A stretch of 64,000 nucleotides of DNA from assembly GCA_041670805.1 (NCBI GenBank), contig JBAXYM010000002.1:1309-65308 (forward strand), in the 5' to 3' direction. Shown one piece after another: positions 9,388 through 19,073 of this stretch. The first letter of the stretch is position 1; every line of letters begins with the position of its first letter. The translations under genes and the position numbers were made by a program. The DNA comes from Patescibacteria group bacterium. Lineage in GTDB: Bacteria > Patescibacteriota > Minisyncoccia > JAHIHE01 > JAGLIN01. The notes below the pieces were generated by a model. That model was not told the DNA's origin. It ran no database searches and saw only the letters and a list, made by a program, of their open reading frames with translations.

Positions 9388-10653
9388 TTATAATTCTCTC
9401 TCAATCTCCATCAATCTGTTATATTTCGCCAGTCTCTCTCCGCGCGACAGCGAGCCGGATTTGATAAAATCCGCGCCTGAGGCTACCGCCAAATCGGCGA
9501 TAAAATCATCGCAAGTTTCTCCGCTGCGATGCGAGACGATTATTTTCCATCCCGAAGCCTGCGCCTTTTTAATGCACTCCGCCGTTTCCGTCAAACTTCC
9601 GATCTGATTTAATTTTATGATAATGGCATTGGCGGCATTTTTCTTCGCAGCCGCCTCAACTCTGGCAGGATTAGTTACAGTAAGATCGTCAGCCACAATG
9701 ATAAAATCTTTTTTAACCGCCGACAGTCTCTTTTTCATCTCTTTCCACCCGGAAAGATCATTCTCATTCAAACCGTCCTCAATGGAAAGAATCGGATATT
9801 TACCAATCCATTCCGAATAAAGCGCAATCAGCCGATTGGCGTCGAGGCAAGCATTGCCGGGATTGATAACATACTGATTCTCTTTGGGGAAATAGAAAGA
9901 ACTTGAAGCCGCATCCAGCGAAATAAAAACGTCCTTTCCCGCTTCGTACCCGGCCTGTTCGACGGCTTTCAGAATCGATTCAATCCCCTGCTCGATACTG
10001 TCCAATTTCGGCGCAAAACCGCCTTCATCCCCCACGCCCGTTGCGTATCCGCCGCCGGCAAGGATTTTTTTAAAACTGTGGAAAATCTCGCTCCCTGCGC
10101 GAATCCGATCTTTGCCGCTGGCAATCCCAAGCGGCACAATCATAAATTCCTGAATGGAAAGTCCGCTGTCGGCGTGCTTGCCGCCATTGAGAATATTAAA
10201 CATAGGCACCGGCAAACGAAACTTGTCCGCAAAGCCGTAAGTCTTGGCGAGATATTTGTAAAGCGGCTTGCCCTGCGAGGTCGCCGCGGCGCGAGCACAC
10301 GCCAAAGAAACACCCAGAATCGCATTCGCCCCCAGATTTGACTTGTTTTCCGTTCCGTCCAATTTGAGCATCAGCGCATCGATTTTTTGCTGCGATGTTA
10401 CGTTTTGTCCCGCCAGAATCGGAGCGATTTTCTTGTTCACATTCTCACAGGCCTGCAAAACACCGTTGCCGCCGTAGCGTTTTTCGTTACCATCGCGAAG
10501 TTCAAGAGCCTCAAACTCGCCCGTAGATGCGCCGGAAGCCACCGACGCTCTTGCCTTGACTTTGTTGTCCAGAGTTACCTCCACCTCCACTGTAGGATTG
10601 CCACGCGAATCAAGAATTTCCCGGGCAATTATTTTGGTTATTTTTACAGGCAT
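9388..10653 (-). CDS. eno: Enolase
   Basis: REILDSRGNPTVE, GDEGGFAP, SHRSGET, RLAKYNRL. Confidence 0.98.
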   Translation of the reverse strand: MPVKITKIIAREILDSRGNPTVEVEVTLDNKVKARASVASGASTGEFEALELRDGNEKRYGGNGVLQACENVNKKIAPILAGQNVTSQQKIDALMLKLDGTENKSNLGANAILGVSLACARAAATSQGKPLYKYLAKTYGFADKFRLPVPMFNILNGGKHADSGLSIQEFMIVPLGIASGKDRIRAGSEIFHSFKKILAGGGYATGVGDEGGFAPKLDSIEQGIESILKAVEQAGYEAGKDVFISLDAASSSFYFPKENQYVINPGNACLDANRLIALYSEWIGKYPILSIEDGLNENDLSGWKEMKKRLSAVKKDFIIVADDLTVTNPARVEAAAKKNAANAIIIKLNQIGSLTETAECIKKAQASGWKIIVSHRSGETCDDFIADLAVASGADFIKSGSLSRGERLAKYNRLMEIEREL

Positions 10654-10772
10654 ATATTTTAGCTATGATTGAAATTGATTAACAAAAAGAGTATTTTGGG
10701 ACCATGCGCGATATTATGACTCTCCGAACAGACAATCCCAACATATCTGTTGTATTTTGAATTGTAGATTAT

Positions 10773-10853
10773 GGATCTCATGGCAGAAATGGTGTGAACA
10801 ACGCAGGACAAAACGTTCTTGCATAATATTTCACACCATCTCTGGTGTGATCC
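10773..10853. repeat. Family A REP doublet (left arm degenerate)
   Basis: ...CAGAAATGGTGTGAACAACGCAGGACAAAACG...TTCACACCATCTCTGGTGTGATCC. Confidence 0.9.
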
Positions 10854-10931
10854 GGATATAAAGCTGGATTTATGAATGTTGGATTTTTAATATCTGCCAT
10901 AAAACCATATATATGACTATTTTGTTATAAA

Positions 10932-12089
10932 TCAGTTCAGTGCCTCAATTCCCGGAAGTTTTTTGCCCGAGAGGAACTCCAACATCGCGCCGCCGCCGGT
11001 GGAAACATGCGTCATCTTATCAAGATAGCCGAAATTGGCAAGTGCCAAAATCGTATCGCCGCCGCCGATTATCGTCTCAGCCGAAGATTCCGCCATCACC
11101 TTTGCTATTTCCCGAGTGCCTCGCGCGTACGCCTCTTCTTCAAAAAGCCCGACCGAACCGTTCCAAACGACAGTAGCGGAATTTTTTATAATCTCCGCGT
11201 ACTCCGCCAAACTTTTTTCGCCTATATCCAATATACGGAAATCCCCCACTTTTTCTGTCGCCAAATCAACATCTCTCTTGTCGGGATTGTCCGTCACTAC
11301 GTCAACGGGAATATAAATCTTGGGATTTTTCAGATCAATTTTCTTTGCCTCGTTGATATCCAAATCGTCCTTGACCGATTTTCCGATATCAACACCGTCG
11401 GCTTCCAGCAAAAAATTCGCAATCACGCCGCCAATCAAAATATTATCGAATTTATCAATAAGAAAATTGATAACCGGAAGCTTGGTCTCCGCTTTGAGTC
11501 CGCCCATAATGATCGTGGCCGGACGAGCGGGATTTTCTATGACTTTTGAAAGCACGCCGATCTCTTTTTCCAGTCCCAGCCCCGCATAAGCCGGCAAAAG
11601 ATGGGCAATCGCCTCCACGGAAGCATGCGCGCGATGTGCCGCGGAAAAGGCTTCATTGACATAAATATCGCCGAGAGCCGCCAGCTTTTTGGCAAACTCC
11701 ATATCATTTGCCTCCTCTTCGCTGTGAAAACGCAGATTTTCCAAAAGCACAATCTCGCCTTCCTGCATATCTTCCACGGCTTCCTCCGCCAATTCGCCCA
11801 CGCAATCGGGAGTCTTGATTACCGACAATTCCAGCATTTCAGAAAGCCGATCCTGCACCGGGCCCAAGCGAAATTTTTCGACTACCTGCCCGTCCGGTCT
11901 GCCCAAATGTGACATCAGAATTATTCTGGCATCATTTTCCAAAAGAAATTTGATAGTCGGCAGCGCAGCCGTGATGCGCCATGCCTCGTTCTCGTCCACT
12001 ACGCCGTCGTCCCCGAGCGGCACGTTGAAATCCACCCGCACCAAAACTCTTTTGCCCTTCAAATCTCCGGCTTCTTTTATGCTTTTCAT
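10932..12089 (-). CDS. pgk: Phosphoglycerate kinase
   Basis: RVDFNVP, SHLGRP, LLENLRF, HVSTGGGA. Confidence 0.98.
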   Translation of the reverse strand: MKSIKEAGDLKGKRVLVRVDFNVPLGDDGVVDENEAWRITAALPTIKFLLENDARIILMSHLGRPDGQVVEKFRLGPVQDRLSEMLELSVIKTPDCVGELAEEAVEDMQEGEIVLLENLRFHSEEEANDMEFAKKLAALGDIYVNEAFSAAHRAHASVEAIAHLLPAYAGLGLEKEIGVLSKVIENPARPATIIMGGLKAETKLPVINFLIDKFDNILIGGVIANFLLEADGVDIGKSVKDDLDINEAKKIDLKNPKIYIPVDVVTDNPDKRDVDLATEKVGDFRILDIGEKSLAEYAEIIKNSATVVWNGSVGLFEEEAYARGTREIAKVMAESSAETIIGGGDTILALANFGYLDKMTHVSTGGGAMLEFLSGKKLPGIEALN

Positions 12090-12098
12090 AAGAAATTA

Positions 12099-12440
12099 TT
12101 ATTTAAAGAAATTATTACTTGCGTCGATAAATTCGATAAGATTGCCATCGATATCCCTGATAAAATTTTGTAATTTATCTTCCGAGAAATCAAAAACTTC
12201 CACACCTTTTTCTTTCAGTTTCTCAAGATACAGAGGAAGGTCATCTATTTCTACCGCAAAATGATAGAAAGTGCCGGGCACCGGCTCGCCTGAATTCTCG
12301 GTGATATGGAGATATTGGTCTCCTATTTTTATCCAGAGGTAATCATTCGATTCTTTCTTTTCAAAACCGAGAACTTCAGTATAAAATCTTTCGGACTCCC
12401 TTCTATCTTTGACGAGCAAAGTCACGTGATTTATTTTCAT
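12099..12440 (-). CDS. VOC/glyoxalase-family protein
   Basis: INHVTL..FYTEVLGF, HFAVEI, DIDGNLIEF. Confidence 0.88.
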   Translation of the reverse strand: MKINHVTLLVKDRRESERFYTEVLGFEKKESNDYLWIKIGDQYLHITENSGEPVPGTFYHFAVEIDDLPLYLEKLKEKGVEVFDFSEDKLQNFIRDIDGNLIEFIDASNNFFK

Positions 12441-12491
12441 AGCGTTTCTATTTTACCTAAAGCGATATAATTTTCTGCCATCCTAATGTAT

Positions 12492-12633
12492 TGTCATTCC
12501 GAAATGAGGTACTCCGATTGAGGAATCTGAGAATAGCAGAAAGTGCTTATGATGTTTTATTGTGGATATAATGTTTTTAAGAATCTTATTTATCTCTCAG
12601 ATCCCTCAGCCGAGTACGACTTTCGAGATGACA
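12492..12633. repeat. Family C TGTC-tagged doublet
   Basis: Same two arms as 9184-9321, reversed, with a different spacer. Confidence 0.85.
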
Positions 12634-12713
12634 GACCAAAAAGACTTCTATCATGTAAATATAAGATCAACTATCTTGGCACGTCCCCTCTCCGCTAAAA
12701 ATATTATTTGTAA

Positions 12714-13124
12714 TCAGTAAAATCTATTTTTCAAAAAATTATTTATGAATTTCGCGCTCGGGACGAACAAGGGCGAGGGAAGATTGTCCAAATCATACCA
12801 GTCCCATCTCTCAAATTTATCCCACTCCGCCACCTTCGCTTCTCCCGTAAACTTTTCGGCAACCAGCCCGACAGTGACATAGTGTTTCTCGTAAGCGACA
12901 TCGTTGGCCAAAGATACAACTTCAAAATCCGAACCGTCCAGATCGGTTTCTTCTTTCAGTTCTCTCCGCGCGCACTGTTCCAGTGTTTCTCCGAATTCAA
13001 GATGCCCGCCCGGAAGTGAAAAGGTACTCTCCCCGAGCTTGCTTTTCCTTTTTCCCAACAAAACTTTTCCTTCCAGGTTCAAGACCAGAACCCCGACTCC
13101 GACACGCACGATTTTATCTGGCAT
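12714..13124 (-). CDS. NUDIX hydrolase (NUDT15-like)
   Basis: Nudix box GGHLEFGETLEQCARRELKEET. Confidence 0.92.
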   Translation of the reverse strand: MPDKIVRVGVGVLVLNLEGKVLLGKRKSKLGESTFSLPGGHLEFGETLEQCARRELKEETDLDGSDFEVVSLANDVAYEKHYVTVGLVAEKFTGEAKVAEWDKFERWDWYDLDNLPSPLFVPSAKFINNFLKNRFY

Positions 13125-13157
13125 AGTTTTATTATTTACAGTTGAATTTTAAATTGT

Positions 13158-13219
13158 GGATCAACAACGCGGGACAGAACGTTATTGTGTAATACCTCAC
13201 ACCATTTCCGGCGTGGTCC
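13158..13219. repeat. Family A element lacking the left hairpin
   Basis: GGATC joined directly to the AACAACGC spacer; right arm present. Confidence 0.8.
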
Positions 13220-13252
13220 GAATACAAAGATAAATTTCTGAGCCCCCAAGGT

Positions 13253-13702
13253 TTACCTCTCCAAAATCTCAAAATTGATTTCATCTCCATGCTCATCCTG
13301 CAAATCTCCCCAAACAAGAATCACTTCCAAATCCGGATATTTCTCTTTCAAGATCTCGCGCGATTTTTCCATATCCTCGACCTGCCGGAACTTCTCCTCT
13401 TCCTTGGACGCAAAGACGTTTTCCTTGGCATAAGCCCCGCAGTCGCTGTGATGAAAAATAACCACCCGACTGGCACGATGAAGATCCGTCGAAACACTTA
13501 CCTGCTGCAAAAAGAAATCTTTAATCTCATAACTGCCGTCCGCCAAGCTCTTGCTCGCACCCGCAAGCGAAATAACGTCAAAACCGCCCTCAAAAAGCCC
13601 GCTTTCGTCCACCCATTTCATCAGCTCGCCACGCAGGCGAAAGTCCATGCAGCGAATTAACAAATTTTTGCAATTGTGTGACATAAATTTTGAAATAGCC
13701 AA
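13253..13702 (-). CDS. Putative beta-type carbonic anhydrase-like protein (start may be MSHNCK)
   Basis: CMDFR and HHSDCGAY Zn-ligand pattern (CxD...HxxC). Confidence 0.75.
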   Translation of the reverse strand: MAISKFMSHNCKNLLIRCMDFRLRGELMKWVDESGLFEGGFDVISLAGASKSLADGSYEIKDFFLQQVSVSTDLHRASRVVIFHHSDCGAYAKENVFASKEEEKFRQVEDMEKSREILKEKYPDLEVILVWGDLQDEHGDEINFEILER

Positions 13703-13746
13703 TTAATAAAATTCCGATTGCATATTATTTTAACGAAAATCACCGA

Positions 13747-14754
13747 CTACCCGATTGAATCCGCCACCATCTTTGCCATATCCACCAAACGGCAGGAATA
13801 TCCGTATTCATTGTCATACCAAGCGCAAACTTTGACGAAATTGCCGTTTGCGTTGGTAAGAGGAAGGTCCACAATCGACGAGAGCGGATTGGCTTTGAAA
13901 TCGACGGAAACCAGCGGCTCGGAAGTCACACCCAAAATACCTTTCATCTCACCATTGGCGGCATCGGTAAAAAAATTGTTTAGCTCTTCAATCGAAGTGT
14001 CTCTTTTCAGAATTGCTACAAAATCCACAATGGAGACCACCGAGGTCGGCACGCGCATCGCAAAGCCGTCAAGCTTGCCTTGCAATTCCGGAATAGCCTT
14101 GGCCACCGCCTTGGCCGCATTAGTCGTGGTCGGAATGATGGAAACCGCCGCCGCGCGCGCGCGCCGAAAATCCTCGTGCGGCAAATCGAGAATCCGCTGG
14201 TCATTGGTGTAGCTATGCACCGTAGTCATAAAACCTTTTTCAACCCCGATTTTGTCGTTGAGAACTTTTACGACCGGTGTCAAGCAATTGGTGGTGCAAG
14301 AACCGTTGGAAACGATATTATGCTCCGACGGATTATAGTCGCCTTCATTGACACCCATAATCAAAATTGGAATGCCCTCGCCCTTGCCGGCGGCGCTGAT
14401 CACGACTTTCTTCGCGCCCGCCGCAAGATGCTTGCCCGCACCCGCGCTATCCAAGAAGAAGCCGGTGCATTCCAGCACCACGTCCACGCCCAAATCTCGC
14501 CAGGGAAGATTGACCGGATCTTTTTCCGCCAAAACGCGGATATTTTTGCCGTCCACGATTATATTCTCTTCGTCGAATCCGATTTCCTTGTCATAGACGC
14601 CGTAATTGGAATCATATTTCAAAAGATGAGCCAGAGTTTTGGTGTCGGTCAAATCATTGACCGCAACAATCTCCAAATCCGGATTATCAAAGGCGATGCG
14701 GAATGAAATCCTGCCGATACGCCCGAAACCATTGATCGCAATTTTTTTTGCCAT
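13747..14754 (-). CDS. gap: Glyceraldehyde-3-phosphate dehydrogenase type I
   Basis: INGFGRIGR, SCTTNCL, WYDNEYGYS; start reassigned to MAKKIA. Confidence 0.98.
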   Translation of the reverse strand: MAKKIAINGFGRIGRISFRIAFDNPDLEIVAVNDLTDTKTLAHLLKYDSNYGVYDKEIGFDEENIIVDGKNIRVLAEKDPVNLPWRDLGVDVVLECTGFFLDSAGAGKHLAAGAKKVVISAAGKGEGIPILIMGVNEGDYNPSEHNIVSNGSCTTNCLTPVVKVLNDKIGVEKGFMTTVHSYTNDQRILDLPHEDFRRARAAAVSIIPTTTNAAKAVAKAIPELQGKLDGFAMRVPTSVVSIVDFVAILKRDTSIEELNNFFTDAANGEMKGILGVTSEPLVSVDFKANPLSSIVDLPLTNANGNFVKVCAWYDNEYGYSCRLVDMAKMVADSIG

Positions 14755-14844
14755 ACGGAAAAATTTAATATTTAAAACAACATCCACCCTTTATTCTAAA
14801 TTTTATTATACTCCATTTTTTTCAAAAAACCTAGAGGGAGTCTG

Positions 14845-15297
14845 CCTGACCCACCCACGCTTTGAGTCGCTTTTTTTAGCCAAATCAAAAGGTAAGATTA
14901 ATCTTTATCTGTCATTTATCTGTCATTCCGAAATTTCGGTACCCCGAAATATCCGGAATCCCGCAACTATACAAGGCAAGTATTGTGTTTCATTTTTATG
15001 AAAGCATTTTGCATTATGGATTCTAGATTTCGGATCACACCAGAAATGGCGTGAACCATGCAGGACAAAACGTTCTTGCGCAATATACCGCACCATTTCT
15101 GGTGTGGTCCGGATGCAAAAAGGCATTTTGGATTCTGGATTTCGGATTTCGGATCACACCAGAGATAGTGTGAACCACGCGGGATAAAACCGTTCTTGCG
15201 TAGCATTTCACACCATTTCTGGTGTGGTCCGAATACAAAGCCGGGACAGTTTTTTAGAAAGCAATAGAAAGGCGTCGGGAAGTGCAGGTGGATCAGG
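14845..15297. mobile_element. MITE-like composite (family F ends) containing a B arm and two tandem A doublets (15032-15110, 15151-15230)
   Basis: Left CCTGACCCACCCACGCTTT and right AAGTGCAGGTGGATCAGG are imperfect inverted repeats; no coding capacity. Confidence 0.8.
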
Positions 15298-15417
15298 GAA
15301 TTCTGCCGATTGCCAATATTTTTATCTAGTCGAGACACAACAAAAAAACGACCATTACGAAAGATCACGCCTACTCCCCACAACAATCTTTTTTCCAACT
15401 TCACGCTTCGCCATCGG

Positions 15418-16344
15418 CTAGTCATCAAACCTGAAGCTGGCAAGCATTTCTTTGTCATAGCCCGTCCCTTCGCCGGAAGACAGTATATCGTTCTTAGGAA
15501 GATATAGATACACGAGTTTATCTTTGGAAGGATTATATAAGATGTACGACACTTGGTCCGCCGCGCAAGCAATTTCTTTACCCAAACTGCTTTTTTCTCC
15601 CGTATTTTTGATTTCCAGCCGATAAACCCCCTCTTGATTAGGCCATGCCTCCTTTTTCACTAAAGTACATCCCTGACCAAAAACGCGTTCTATAAAAAGG
15701 TTAAGCCCTTCCGTGCTGCCAATCGTTACCATACGCAACGAAACCCCCGCAAACGGATTGCCTAAAAGCGGTATGTTACTGTTTACGTCCTCTCTACCTA
15801 ATATTTCTCGCTTCACGAGGGATAAAGTGTAGATTTTTTTTCTGCAATCAAACACTCCATCACCGTCAGTATCGGAAAGGTTGGGATCTCCCGTATCGGT
15901 AGTATCATCCTCCTCGAAGGTGATATTTCCCGAATTATTTGCAGTCTGCGTCGTATCGGAAGTGTCTTTGTCAAAATAATATTCCGGCACGATGAACACA
16001 GCGCTTGTGTATTCATCCTCAAGTATCACGACAGAAGCCTCGAATTTCGTGCTTTTGCAATTGTCGACACCCAAAACCTTTTTCGGCACATTCAGCGAAA
16101 ATCCCAAATCTTTATTCTTGTAAATTTTCCAAGACGCCGGCTCTGCAATGTTATCCAGATTACCATTGAGCACATCCGCCGAAGGAGCAAAACTGCTATC
16201 GTCCGGATTCGTATTTTCCTCCTGCGAAAGAGTCTGCCCATCGGAAAAATTTTGCGCACTCTTCCATTGCCACAGCGAATAAATCGCCGCCGCAAAAAGC
16301 GCAAAAGCGATAGCAAACATCAGTAGCCTTTTTATTTTCCCCAT
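15418..16344 (-). CDS. Hypothetical membrane-anchored surface protein
   Basis: N-terminal TM helix, WKIYKNKDLGFSL motif, acidic DTDGDGVFD loop, several Cys. Confidence 0.75.
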   Translation of the reverse strand: MGKIKRLLMFAIAFALFAAAIYSLWQWKSAQNFSDGQTLSQEENTNPDDSSFAPSADVLNGNLDNIAEPASWKIYKNKDLGFSLNVPKKVLGVDNCKSTKFEASVVILEDEYTSAVFIVPEYYFDKDTSDTTQTANNSGNITFEEDDTTDTGDPNLSDTDGDGVFDCRKKIYTLSLVKREILGREDVNSNIPLLGNPFAGVSLRMVTIGSTEGLNLFIERVFGQGCTLVKKEAWPNQEGVYRLEIKNTGEKSSLGKEIACAADQVSYILYNPSKDKLVYLYLPKNDILSSGEGTGYDKEMLASFRFDD

Positions 16345-16494
16345 AGTTTGAATTACGGATTAAAGGTAAAATTAAAAAACAACCGCGCTGTTCTTATATG
16401 TTTTATTATAACGTTATTTTTTGCAGACACAATTTCTTTCCCCGTCAACTCTCTCCATTAAAATATAGAATTCGTGATTCATCAAACTGTAGCT

Positions 16495-16560
16495 TTCTCG
16501 AAGACAGTCCCTAAAGAGCTTGGCGCAGATTTCCATATTGTGCCGAATTTGAAAGTGATT
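16495..16560. repeat. Repeat family H
   Basis: Reverse complement of 9004-9070. Confidence 0.85.
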
Positions 16561-16588
16561 CAGTATTCAAAAATCCGGTTTTGCATTC

Positions 16589-16667
16589 GGATCACACCAG
16601 AAATGGCGTGAACTACTGCACAAGAACGTTCTGTCCTGCGTTGTTCACACCATTTCTGGTGTGATCC
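16589..16667. repeat. Family A REP doublet
   Basis: Both arms and spacer recognisable. Confidence 0.95.
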
Positions 16668-16768
16668 GAAAAATGCATCGGCCAGATATTCAAGATAAAA
16701 AACATTATTTTGTAATAATAAAACAAATCTCATAGCATTTATAAACGCAAGCCGGCATATTATTACCC

Positions 16769-17557
16769 TCACTTCGCAAATTTCTCCACAATCCCCACGA
16801 ATTCCCGCGGCACCAGAGACGCACCGCCGACTAAGAGTCCGCGCAGTCCGGTCTTGTCCACCAGATCAAAGCAATTCCGGCTGGACACGCTGCCGCCATA
16901 AAGGATGGGCGTACTCTCAACGATTTCGCGACCGTATAATTTGCTGATGATTTTCTTAATCAAAAGTCCGACACTCATAATATCGTCCGTCAGAGGCGTC
17001 GTCCCGGAACCGACAACTCCGGAGCTGATGGCCCAAACCGGTTCATAAGCAACCAAGAGCTTACCGCGCACGAGATCCTCGGAAATGCCCAAAAGCGCCT
17101 GTTCAAGCTGACTGACAATAATTTCGCCGGTGTCCCCCCTTTGTTTCTCCTCCGCAGTCTCGCCCACGCACAGTATCGGCCGCAGTCCCCCGGCGAGGCA
17201 CGCTTTCATTTTCAGATTTACCATCTCGTCCGTCTCACCGAGATACTTTCTTCTTTCCGAGTGTCCGACGATCGCATATTTGACGCCGACTTTGCGAAGC
17301 ATCTCGGCGGAGATTTCTCCCGTATAAGTGCCGCGGGTTTCCCAGAAAAGATTCTGCGCGCCCAGTTTTATTTCGCCGTCGGAATCAAAATCGGACAGAA
17401 AAATATAGGGCATGCAGACAACCACCTCCACTTTGCCGCTGCGCATCTTGTAGACGTCATTTTCCATCTCGTCAAAAATCGTTTCCGCGTCACCCAAGGA
17501 CAGCGGGTTCATTTTCCAGTTGCCCACGATATAAATTTTTTCTTTTTCCGAAGTCAT
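16769..17557 (-). CDS. tpiA: Triosephosphate isomerase
   Basis: GNWKMN, GHSERR, AYEPVWAI, LYGGSV, LVGGASL. Confidence 0.97.
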   Translation of the reverse strand: MTSEKEKIYIVGNWKMNPLSLGDAETIFDEMENDVYKMRSGKVEVVVCMPYIFLSDFDSDGEIKLGAQNLFWETRGTYTGEISAEMLRKVGVKYAIVGHSERRKYLGETDEMVNLKMKACLAGGLRPILCVGETAEEKQRGDTGEIIVSQLEQALLGISEDLVRGKLLVAYEPVWAISSGVVGSGTTPLTDDIMSVGLLIKKIISKLYGREIVESTPILYGGSVSSRNCFDLVDKTGLRGLLVGGASLVPREFVGIVEKFAK

Positions 17558-17654
17558 TGCGTTGATTTTATGATTTACACCTTAAAAAGTGAAACGATAA
17601 GAATATTTTTCAGTGCTCTGCATTTTGCATTCTGCATTCTGCATTCCGCATTCG

Positions 17655-17733
17655 GGACCACACCAGAGATGGTGTGAACCACGCAGTACAGAACGTTCTT
17701 GCGCAGCATTCCACACCGTTTCCGGTGCGATCC
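17655..17733. repeat. Family A REP doublet preceded by a (TGCATTY)n heptamer run
   Basis: Arms recognisable; 7-mer run at ~17617-17653. Confidence 0.9.
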
Positions 17734-17761
17734 AAACTCACAAAGGCCCGTTGCATCGCAT

Positions 17762-19021
17762 TTATAAATTCCTCCTTAGTTTCTCCGCCTTAGCAACCCG
17801 CTCCACTGCGATCGCGTAGGCGGCGAGCCGCAAGCTGCAATCCGACGTACAGCATTTTTTGTTCCAAACCTCGTCAAAAGCATCCTCGATAATCGCCTTG
17901 AGCCGGGAAATATTTTCGTTCTCGCTCCAATAGAAATTCTGCAAATTCTGCACCCATTCAAAATAGCTCACGATTACGCCGCCGGCATTTGCCAGAATAT
18001 CCGGCACTACCGTCACGCCTTTTTTCTCGAGTATCCGATCGGCTTCCGGCGTCACCGGACCGTTGGCAAGCTCTACGATAAGTTTCGCTTTGATCCTGTC
18101 TGCATTTTTTTCCGTAATGACATTTTCGAGCGCGGCGGGCATCAGCACGTCCACATCAAGCTCCAGCAGTTCTTCGTTGGTAATTTTTCGCGTATGCGGA
18201 TACCCTACCACGCTGCCAGTCGCTTCCTTGTATTTCAAAACCTCCTTGGCATTCAAAGTTTTTTCTTCTTCATCGTCTTCCAAAACAATTCCACCCTTGG
18301 AATCGGACACAGCCACCACATTGTATCCCAAGGCGCACAAAATATCCGCGGCAAAATACCCCACGTTGCCAAAGCCTTGGATGGCGATTTTAATTTGTTC
18401 GGAATCAAGCTCCAGTTTCTCCGCAATCTTTTCAAAAACGTAAACTCCGCCCTGCGAAGTGGAAAATTTCCGCCCCCGCGTGCCTCCGACCTCAATCGGC
18501 TTGCCCGTCACTACGCCGGGGACGTTGTAACCGCGCAATCGGCTGAATTCGTCCATCATCCACGCCATAATCCGCGGATCCGTATTGACATCCGGCGCGG
18601 GAATATCTTTCTCGGGACCGATAAAATCCCGCAACGCCTGCACATATCCGCGCGACAGCCTCTCCAACTCTCCTTGCGATAGTTTTCCAACGTCCACAAT
18701 CACGCCGCCTTTGCCGCCACCGTAAGGAATGCCCACCACTGAACATTTCCAAGTCATCCACGCTGACAGCGCTTTCACTTCGGACAAATTGACGTCGGGA
18801 TGAAAACGAATCCCGCCTTTGAAGGGACCGAGCGCGTCGTTGTATTGGGAACGATAGCCTTTGAAAATTTCGATTTTCCCCGAGTCCATCTTTACCGGAA
18901 TATTGACTGTCATAATTCTTTTCGGATGTTTCAGAATTTCCAAAATGGACTCATCAATATCGATGATTTTGGAAACATTCTCCAGTTGCTTTAAGGCATT
19001 TTTAAAAGCGTCGTCTTTCAT
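17762..19021 (-). CDS. gdhA: Glutamate dehydrogenase (Glu/Leu/Phe/Val family)
   Basis: GPFKGGIRFH, GGGKGG, DIPAPDV, QGFGNVG, ELANGP, SYFEWVQN. Confidence 0.95.
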   Translation of the reverse strand: MKDDAFKNALKQLENVSKIIDIDESILEILKHPKRIMTVNIPVKMDSGKIEIFKGYRSQYNDALGPFKGGIRFHPDVNLSEVKALSAWMTWKCSVVGIPYGGGKGGVIVDVGKLSQGELERLSRGYVQALRDFIGPEKDIPAPDVNTDPRIMAWMMDEFSRLRGYNVPGVVTGKPIEVGGTRGRKFSTSQGGVYVFEKIAEKLELDSEQIKIAIQGFGNVGYFAADILCALGYNVVAVSDSKGGIVLEDDEEEKTLNAKEVLKYKEATGSVVGYPHTRKITNEELLELDVDVLMPAALENVITEKNADRIKAKLIVELANGPVTPEADRILEKKGVTVVPDILANAGGVIVSYFEWVQNLQNFYWSENENISRLKAIIEDAFDEVWNKKCCTSDCSLRLAAYAIAVERVAKAEKLRRNL

Positions 19022-19073
19022 ATTTTCTGAATTTAGATTGGATTAAATTGATCCTGTTATATTTTTGAACTAT

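Noticed and set aside
12440-13253. Integron attC sites
   Set aside because: No integrase and no consistent RYYYAAC/GTTRRRY ends; the same repeats flank core genes.
15032-15230. Family A as a CRISPR array (repeat, ~31 nt, repeat)
   Set aside because: Arms are inverted rather than direct, spacers are homologous between copies, copies are dispersed, and there are no cas genes.
14923-15572. ORFs containing GPHQKWCE/HTRNGV motifs (also at 9057, 16560, 17613, 23687, 38955, 39442, 40752, 55777, 59431, 61809, 62903)
   Set aside because: They are translations of family A/B repeats in various frames, not a protein family.
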